Assembly: GCF_009914755.1 (NCBI RefSeq)
Contig: NC_060931.1
Strand: one strand, 5' to 3'
From: the human T2T-CHM13v2.0 reference genome, Homo sapiens
DNA length: 64,000 nucleotides
Shown: piece by piece, positions 51,753 through 64,000 of the stretch
How the letters are laid out: each line of letters opens with the position of its first letter
How positions within the stretch are numbered: position 1 is the first letter of the stretch
The notes under the pieces: generated by a model
Seen by the model: only the letters and a program-made list of their open reading frames with translations
Databases searched by the model: none
What the model was told of the DNA's origin: nothing
Made by a program: the position numbers and the translations under genes

Positions 51753-52045
51753 TTGGGTGCAGTGATTCAAATCTGTAATCCCAGCACTTTGGGAGGTTGA
51801 GGTGAGAGGATCGCTGGAGGCCAGGAGTTCAAGACCAGCCTGGGAAACATAGCAAGACCCTGTCTCTACCAAAAATACAAAAGTCAGTGAAGCATGGTGG
51901 TGCACACCTGTGACTGCAGCTGCTCAGAAGGCTGAGGTGAGAGGATCCCTTGAGCCCGGGGAGGTCAAGGTTGCAGTGAGCTGTGACTGCACCACTGCAC
52001 TCCAGTCTGGATGACAGAGTAAGACCCTGTCTCAAAAAATAAAAA
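51753..52045 (+). mobile_element. AluJ
   Basis: Full Alu; flanks aaaaacaacttt/aaaaacagcttt. Confidence 0.92.
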
Positions 52046-52061
52046 GTAAATTAATTAAAAT

Positions 52062-53545
<1,484 letters not shown>

Positions 53546-54214
53546 CCTTCTTTCAAGTCTCAGGAGTGTGTTTGTCCTGTTGGATATAGACCACCTTCAT
53601 CCCTGCTCCCCATCGGAACTCAAAATCTGCCAAGGATGTTTCAGGTCTGGAGCAGAGGGTGGGATAAGGAGGAGCAGCTCCGGAGGTTGGAGGGAGGATA
53701 GAGGGGAGAAGACGTTCACACCCACTCATATGTCCAGTGACCCAGCTGACGTAGACTTGGTTTCCTCCCAACGTGCCAATCAGGCAAGTTCCTCACCCTC
53801 TGTGCAACTCAGCTTCCTCATGTAATGCCTCCATGTGGAGTGCAGTCAGATGAGAAAAGAGAAGTGCGGGCAGACAGCTTAGCCCAGCAGCTGACTTGTG
53901 ACGGACACCTGACCCGTGGCAGCGTGGCTGCAAGGCTGCCATCCAGCCTTCTCCCTGGAACCATCGCATCTCTCAGGCCTGGGGCTTTCCTGGCAGCCAG
54001 AGCTTGCCCTAACAGTGTTCATGGCAGGATGGAAATGCAGGGAATAAAGCCATCCCCTCCCCTAGAAGCCCTCACCCATCAGTGCGGAAACGCCCAGCTC
54101 CCTCCCACCCGGGTGGGGTAACTCCGAAATGCCCCTTCTGCAGAGCTGCCAGGGTCCCCCAGGGAGATGACGCTCCAGTTGCCCATGGGGGAGCCTGGTT
54201 TGCCATTGCACCCT

Positions 54215-55086
<872 letters not shown>

Positions 55087-55429
55087 GGCCATCGCACCGT
55101 TTGTTGAACGCCTTCTCTTCCCCCTCTCCCTCCCCACTCTTGGTGTTCCCAGTACGACCCCACCCCCCCCCCCCCCGCCAATAAACCAAGTGCATTTGAA
55201 CCCTTATCTCAGAAATGCTTCTGGCAGGAATTCAAGCAAAGCTATTATTATTATTATCATTATTACTGTTAAATGGGATCCATCTCATCTTCCACCTCCT
55301 CCAGGAAGCCTCCCTGGCTGCACCCACTCCAGGGACCTCCCTCTCCTACAAAGCCACAGCACTTGTTCATCACAGCCCTCGTTCCTGTCTTCATCGAGTC
55401 CACCTTATTTTATTCTACATTTCATCTGT

Positions 55430-55900
55430 TGCTAGCAGAAAATGCTAATTCCTTGGGCTGGCCCCTGGGAAGCTGGCAACGCACACCCTCTGAATCTGTG
55501 ATGAAGCTGTACCGCCTTTGATGGAGTCAGAAGATGAAACGCGGACCGCGGTGCTGCGAATCCCTGGGAGATGGGGCCGGCATGCAATATTTAAAGGGCC
55601 GTTTCATGAAAGGGAGCTACCCAGGCTTTTAACATAGGTTTTCAAGAAAGTCGGACTCGATTTTTCAGCCTCAAACTCATGTTTGGGTGCACTTCGTGCT
55701 TTAAATACTCATTTCTACTGCCTTGATATTTTAATTTATTGCCTTTCAAGTTTTATAAGTCCAAAGTGCTTTCAGGGGCTCGGTCTCACGAGAGGCAGGG
55801 GACGAGAACTGGGGACTCATTGCATTCGAAGAGAGAATTTTACGGTCCCTGAGAGGTCAGTGAGCGGACCCTCTGACATGGAGGTATGAGGCACTTAAGG
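55430..55900. promoter_or_regulatory. CpG-retaining unique block, candidate regulatory element
   Basis: acgcggaccgcggtgctgcg cluster, gccggcatgc, tatttaaagg. Confidence 0.35.
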
Positions 55901-56058
55901 TTTGTCCTCACAGAGGCCAAGATATCTGTCGAAAAGTGCAGAGTTAATTCAGGGCGGCTTGACTCTTCTTCCTTCTTCTCCCTCCTTCAGTGTCTCTTTC
56001 CCTTCTTTTTCTTTTTCTCCTTTCTTTCCGCTTTTTAATCGAGATATAACTTACAGTA

Positions 56059-56380
56059 GGCTAGGTTGCGGTGGCTCACGCCTGTAATCCCAACACTTTG
56101 GGAGGCCAAGATAGGAGGATCACTTGAGGCCAGGAGTTTGAGACAAGCTGGGGCAATAGAGCAAGGCCCCATCTTTACAAAAAAAAATTTTTTTTTAATT
56201 AGTTGGGCTTGGGGTCACGGTGGCATGCACCTGTAGTCTCAGCTACTCTCGGAAGGCTGACGCAGGAGGATCGCTTGAGCCCAGGAGTTCGAGGCTGCAA
56301 TGAGTAAGGTTTCTGCCACTGCACTCCATCCTGAAAGACAGAGCAAGAACTTGTCTCGAAAAAAGAAAAAGAAAAAGAGA
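56059..56380 (+). mobile_element. AluJ
   Basis: TSD aacttacagta/aactcacagta. Confidence 0.92.
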
Positions 56381-56578
56381 GAGAGAAAACTCACAGTAAA
56401 GCAGACAGATCTTAGATCTAAGGGCACAGATTAATGCATTTCTGTGCATGTGCCCCTTGTCATTTCTACCAGGTCAAGATCTAGAACATTCTGTTTCTTC
56501 AGAGGGTCCCCCATGGCCCTTCCCAGTCAGTAGCCCCAAAAGGTAACCGCTCTTCTGACCTCTTTCACCAAGATTAGT

Positions 56579-56862
56579 ATTTTTTTTTTTGAGACAGAGT
56601 TCTGCTCTGTTGACCAGGCTAGAGTGCAGTGTCAGATCTTGGCTCACAGCAACCTCCGCCTCCCGGGTTCAAGCAGTTCTCCTGCCTCAGACCCCTGAGT
56701 AGCTGGGATTACAGATGTGTGCCACCACACCCAGATAATTTTTTGAATTTTTAGTACAGATGGGGTTTCACCATGTTGGCTGGGCTGGCCTCAAACTCCT
56801 GACCTCAAGTGATTTGCCCTCCTCGTACTCCCAAAGTGTTGGGATTACAGGCGTGAGCTACC
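56579..56862 (-). mobile_element. AluS within an old L1 fragment
   Basis: Alu reverse complement. Confidence 0.92.
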
Positions 56863-57070
56863 GGTCAACTAGTCTTAAAGTTTGTATATAAATGGAACTT
56901 TACAGCACGTCTGCATCTTCCACTCCACATTTTAAAATTTATCCATAAGGTTGCACACATCAATAATTTGTTCTTTTTCATGCCTATGTAGTATTCCACT
57001 GCAACATAGTGCAATGTATTTAATCTATTCTACTTTGGGCAGGGATTTGGTTTATTTCCAGTTTGGGCTC

Positions 57071-57769
<699 letters not shown>

Positions 57770-57792
57770 GGCTATTAAGAATAATTCTGCTA

Positions 57793-58179
<387 letters not shown>

Positions 58180-58304
58180 TTAATTTGCTGAATTTAGCCA
58201 TTCCACAATGTATACACATATTTCAAAACATGTACCTGATAAAATATACCATGTTTATTTGTGAATTTTATATATATATATGTACATACCAGTTCTTTTT
58301 TAAA

Positions 58305-58830
58305 AAGAATAATGCTGTTATGAACATCCACATGCAGGGTCTTTTCATGAACATCACACTCATTTTTGCTGGGCGTACACTCAGGGTTGGACTTACTCGT
58401 AGCATGTTGCATGTAGTAAGTGGTGTAACATGTTACATGCATGTAGCACGTAGCAAGAGTGACGTCAGTCAATACCCCCAAACGCCCTTCCAAAGTGGCT
58501 GCACCAATCAACATTCTCACGGAGTTGGAGTGAGATTTCTAGCGCTGTGCTCACAGTTTAGGACTTTCAGTCATTTGCTGCTATATAAAGTCTGAGTGTA
58601 GGCAAAGCAGTGACTTAGAACCACTGACATTTCAAAACAGAAATTGCCTTTTCTGCGTCTGAGTATGTGCCTAACATCTAGCAATAGTATCTGCATGCAT
58701 TAATGCGCATGTAATTTTAGTGCTTCTTTAGAGACCTGGAAAGAATAAAGTGAGATTTCTAGTGCCACATCCTTTTTTGGTGTAGTCTGTCCTTTTCATT
58801 TTAGTCTTTCTAGTGGGCATATGCAGCATC
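58305..58830 (-). mobile_element. Old L1ME fragment carrying a 203-bp orphan insertion
   Basis: aataatgctgttatgaacatcc; ttccaaagtggctgcacca; ccacatcct...ttttagtctttctagtggg. Confidence 0.7.
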
Positions 58831-59000
58831 ATTTTTTAAAAATCTACTTTCTATTTTGGAATAATTGTAGATTTGTAGAACAGTTGCAAATACTACAGAT
58901 TTGTAGAAAAGTTGCAGATATGGCTCCTGTATCCTTTTCATTCAGCTTCTCCTTATGGTAACATCAAAATAACATTCTTCTTTAAAAATTAAAAACATTA

Positions 59001-59835
<835 letters not shown>

Positions 59836-59912
59836 AGATGAACTGTTTTTAAGTCATTCTTTGTCTCATGTATTCTCTTCACCCCAAAATCAGAGGAAAA
59901 AAAACAAACATA

Positions 59913-60212
59913 GCTGGGTGCAGTGGCTCATGCCTGTAATCCCAGCAGTTTGGGAGGCCCAGGTGGGAAGATCGCTTGAGTCTAGGAATTCAAGGCCAGC
60001 CTGGGCAACATAGCAAGATCCTGTCTCTACAAAAAATAAAAAACAAAAAGAACAAAATTAGCCAGGCGTGGTGGTGGACCTGTAGTCCTGCTACTCGGGA
60101 GGCTGAGGTGGGAGGATGGTTTGAGCCTGAAGAGGTTAAGGCTTTAATGAGCCATGATTGTGCCACTGCCTGGGTAACAGAGCGAGACCCTCTCTCAAAA
60201 AAGAAAAAAAAA
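59913..60212 (+). mobile_element. AluJ
   Basis: Diverged full Alu. Confidence 0.9.
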
Positions 60213-60249
60213 GTATCAAATACATGTATGGGTATACTTCATGTTTAGA

Positions 60250-60410
60250 TTTTTTAAATTATGGTGAAATATACAGACATAAAATTTACCATCTTAACCA
60301 TTTTGAGTGTACAGTTCAATAGTGGTAAGCATATTCACACTGCTATGAACCCTCATCTCCATCCATCTCTAGAATTTTTCATCTTGCAAAACTGAAACTC
60401 TATATCATCC
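60250..60410 (-). mobile_element. L1MA/MB 3' end fragment
   Basis: cataaaatttaccatcttaaccatttttgagtgtacagttc; catcttgcaaaactgaaactcta. Confidence 0.85.
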
Positions 60411-60508
60411 ATTCAGAATAACCTTTTAAAAGTACAAATCAGATATGATTCTCTCCCTGAGAGCCCTCTGAATTTTTCCCATATGTCTTACAATAAAATC
60501 TAAACTCT

Positions 60509-60820
60509 GGGCCAGGTACGGTGGCTCACGCCTATAATCCCAGCACTTTGGGAGGTCAAGGCAGGAGGATCGCTTGAGCCCAGAACTTTGAGACCAGCCT
60601 GGGAAACATTCTGAGACCCCATCTCTACAAAAAATTTAGAAGTTAGCTGGGTTTGCTGGTGTGCATCTATGGTCCCAGCTACTCCGGAGGCTGAGACAGA
60701 AGGATTCTTTGAAGCTGAAAGCTGGAGACTGCAGTGATCCATGATCTTACCACTGCACTCCAGCCAGGGTGACAGAGTGAGACTCTGTCTCCAAAAACAG
60801 AGAGAAAAAAAAAAAAAAAA
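60509..60820 (+). mobile_element. AluJ
   Basis: TSD ctaaactctg/ctagactctg. Confidence 0.92.
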
Positions 60821-61004
60821 GGACTAGACTCTGAACCATGAGCCCCCTGTGGAATCACCCAGGGCCCTGGTACCTTGCTGTTTCTTGGCCACACCCAGAA
60901 TCTTCACCCGGCTGACTCCCTCTGTCTTTGAAACATTCACCTTGATCTGAACTTATTGTGTTCAGTCATTTGTTTGTGGCTTACTGTCTGTCTGCACTAG
61001 TAGG

Positions 61005-61391
61005 TGGTGTGGGCTGAATTCTGTTCCCCTAAAATTCATATGTGAAGTTCTCACTTCCAGTGTCCCAGAAAGTGCCTGTATTTGAAGATGGGGCTTTGAA
61101 GAACTGATTAAGTTTGAATGAATTCATTGGAGTGCACCATAATCCAACAGGACTTGGGTCCTTATAAGAAGAAAAGATTAGGACACAGACACGCACAGAG
61201 GGACACCCCTGTGATGACACAGGGAGAAGACAGTGTCTACAAGCCAAGGAAAGTGGCCTCAGAAGGAATTGACCCCGCCAACACCTTGATCTTGAACTTT
61301 AGCCTCCAGAATTGATAGAAAATAAATCTCTGTTGCTGAAGCCGCCCAGTCTATGCATTTTTCGTGGTAGTGCCTGGAAACTAATAATACA
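61005..61391 (+). mobile_element. MLT1B solo LTR
   Basis: aaattcatatg...ggacacagacacgcacagaggg...aataaatctctgttg...aactaataataca. Confidence 0.9.
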
Positions 61392-61399
61392 CAAGGCCT

Positions 61400-61460
61400 C
61401 AGCCTTCTGTCATTGTCATAGAGGGCCCCAGCCTTCTGTCATTGTCATTGAGGGCCCCAG
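61400..61460. repeat. 29-bp tandem duplication
   Basis: cagccttctgtcattgtcat(a/t)gagggccc occurs twice. Confidence 0.95.
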
Positions 61461-62142
61461 GCTTCTGGCAGGACAGCCAAGAGCGGAATATAAGGTGGCA
61501 GAAGTGGGACAGTAAGTGAGACTCTCTTCGTGGAGAGAGCGTTAAAGTTGACACACTTCCTTGAAGAGCTCAGCACCTCAGGGCTTGTGGTACAAAGATG
61601 GGTTGAGGGGCTACAGCTAGAGTCAGGGGACAGTGCCCACCTTTGCCAAACACACCCCTGGCCTGCTTGCCAGGCCTGGTTACCCAGGCACACAGAGCTC
61701 AGCTATCCAGAGGGGCATAGCACAACCTCCCCACGGTAAGACAGGGCACTGGGACCACTGGGAGCCACCAGTTTCCTGGAAAGCAGTGCAGGGCCTTCTG
61801 TGGATGTTTGCAAAGTGCAGCCCTACAGGTGACACCTGTTAGGCCAACAGGTGCCCCGGGGCCGCCAATGTACAGCTGGCAGAGACGGAGTCCATCGCAA
61901 TGCTGGAGTCCTAGGATCTCAATTCCTGCGGGTGTTTGGCTTCTTCTGTCTTTCCTGTTATCAGTTACACGATTAGAGGAAAATTAATCCGTGGATCTTG
62001 TTCAAGTTGCACGCCTGGAAGAAGCTACGCCTGATGGGTAAAAACAAAAAGACACAAAAAAGGTGCTGTTGTGTTAGTCAGCACTGGATCCCACCAGCAG
62101 AACCACTTGGGGCTATATATACAACATGAGGTTGACCATCGG

Positions 62143-62297
62143 TGATGTGGGCTGAATTCTGTTCCCCTAAAATTCATATGTTGAAGTCGTAACCCTCAGC
62201 ACTCTTAGAAAGTGCCCGTATTTGAATACAGGGTTTTAAAGAGGTGATTAAGTTTGAAAGAATTCATTAACTGGGGTCCTTATAAGAAGAAAAGTTG
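62143..62297 (+). mobile_element. MLT1B 5' part (truncated)
   Basis: Parallel to 61005-61170. Confidence 0.85.
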
Positions 62298-62620
62298 GGC
62301 GAGGTGCGGTGGCTCACGCCTGTAATCCCAGCGCTTTGGGAGGCTGAGGCAGGCAGATAACGAGGTCAGGAGTTCCAGACCAGCCCGGCCAATATGGTGA
62401 AACCCCGTCTCCACTAAAAATATAAAAATTAGTTGGGCTTGGTGGCACACACTTGTATTCCCAGCTACTCGGGAGGCTGAGAGCAGAAGAATCACTTGAA
62501 CCTGGGAGGCGGAGGTTGCAGTGAGCCGAGATCATGCCACTGCACTCCAGCCTGGGCGACAGAGCGAGACTCCATCTCAAAAAAAAAAAAAAAAAAAAAA
62601 GAAGAAGAAGAAGAAGAAAA
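62298..62620 (+). mobile_element. AluS with A/(GAA)n tail
   Basis: TSD aagaagaaaagttg. Confidence 0.95.
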
Positions 62621-62624
62621 GTTG

Positions 62625-64000
62625 ACTGTGTTTCAAAATAAAAAGTATATATGCAATTTGCCGCTTACCACGTTTGAGAATTCAACACAATACAGGAAGT
62701 TTTAGAAATATACTGCCATTAGAGCATCACACCTTTTCTGGAACAAGCTTAGCACAGAGAACATCAACCAGACAATCTTACATCAACTGTAACCAAGTAG
62801 GAATTTTGCATCTAGCTGAAATGTCATAACAGTTACAAAAAAGAATCACAAGCCTTAGTCGATTTGAGCTTCTTTTTCAAACGTCTTAAAAAAGTCAAAC
62901 CAAACAATATTTTAAGCAGGAAAAGACTAATTTTCACAGAGTTGAGTGATCATCCGTCTTAGTGGCTCAGAGCACCCATTAGCCATCCCATAATAAACTG
63001 GAGTAGAAGTTTATTGCTTACATTAAGCATTGCAAATTAAAGGAAAGGGATAATTTCCTTTTAGCAAAATACTCTAGATACCACATCAAAATTACAGAAA
63101 TAATTGTGTCAGAAATACAGTTTAATAGCAAATGGTGTTCTGCTGTGAAACGAAATGCTTTTTAGTAGGTTATATCTTGTAGAATCCACCTGACCCTTGG
63201 ACATCAAAAGGAAGAATTTCCCATAAGAAAAGCTTTAGGGCAATTTCACTTAGTGGCTAGAGATTTATTTTCCATGTCACCAGATTATTAATAGCTGGGA
63301 TTTCTGTTTCAAATCAAGGCAGGAAATTAGTCATATCATGTACAAAGAAAGATTTCATGCGGTCCCACCTATTTCAAAAAGGAAAATGTGGTTAAGTACT
63401 GTATTTAAATTAAATGATCAGTGTTATAGCAATTACTGAGGCACGATTTTGTCAGATGGCAAAGAGAATGCATTAAAGATATGAACAGCTGTTTCTCAGT
63501 TTAAATTTATAGTATTTCAAAATTCAGGAAATGACTTTTGTGTTCTACTTAGAATCGAATTACAAAAATAACAGAACCAGCCCATAATACAGCATTTCGA
63601 ATTACAGAGACGTTTGGACCCTTTCACCAAAGTATACCGTTTTGGCAAAATGATCCAGTTCTAATAAAATCAGAACTGTAACGCAATAAAATCAGGTTTC
63701 ATGTTAGAGTTACATATTACGTTAGTGATCATTTTCACTACAAAGATATCATTTGAATACCAAATCCAAGCACAGTTTTGTGTGGCAGTTTAAGGAAGAA
63801 CCAGTCAACTGGCTTTTAAACTAGAGCATCACGGCTTTTCTGGAACAAGCTTAGCATACATAGAATATACACCATTCAAGCTTAGCGTGTAATAAACTAA
63901 CATGGCTTTTAAAATCATACGATCCCCACTCCTTTTTCTTGTTAGAAAGTTATTCATGCAAATTACTGAATTTCACACAGCAGGGTAATTATAGTATAAA
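62625..64000. other. Unidentified repeat-free AT-rich block
   Basis: No recognisable TE; much lower GC than the rest of the window, yet CpGs are retained; internal 35-bp direct repeat. Confidence 0.5.

Noticed and set aside
61940-62045. Possible small exon (polypyrimidine-cag at ~61963 to gg|gtaaaa at ~62037)
   Set aside because: Weak donor, no coding signal and no supporting neighbouring exons.
63820-63845. Resemblance of ctagag...ttttctg to miR-515/C19MC family 5p arms
   Set aside because: The central sequence differs and no complementary 3p arm or hairpin is seen.

Overview
Primate (most likely human) non-coding genomic DNA, very rich in repeats. It holds about 55-60 Alu elements or fragments, MaLR/ERVL/ERV1 solo LTRs (MLT1, MST, THE1, LTR26-like, MER66-like, MER54-like, MER76-like, MER77-like, LTR8-like), L1/L2/MIR remnants, hAT and piggyBac MITEs (MER53, MER1A, Charlie5/MER33, MER3, MER85) and long complex microsatellites. 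I can support no protein-coding exon: every listed ORF I could place is Alu-, LTR-, LINE- or microsatellite-derived, and the rest show no recognisable homology. The only gene-derived sequence I recognise is a 3'-truncated RPL31 processed pseudogene fragment (~38016-38221). The most notable structures are: (i) an old inverted duplication of a (TATC)n+MSTA unit (3980-6980); (ii) a MER85 with an intact PGBD3-binding palindrome nested in a hAT element; (iii) a 203-bp orphan insert bounded by 17-bp direct repeats inside an L1; (iv) twin MLT1B LTRs with shared private substitutions; (v) an abrupt junction at ~62624 into a repeat-free, AT-rich but CpG-retaining block with an internal 35-bp repeat; (vi) several repeat-free, motif-dense blocks that look like enhancers. 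I do not find convincing evidence for a wholly new biological system. Repeat subfamily names come from recalled consensus sequences and boundaries are approximate; the chromosomal locus was not identified.
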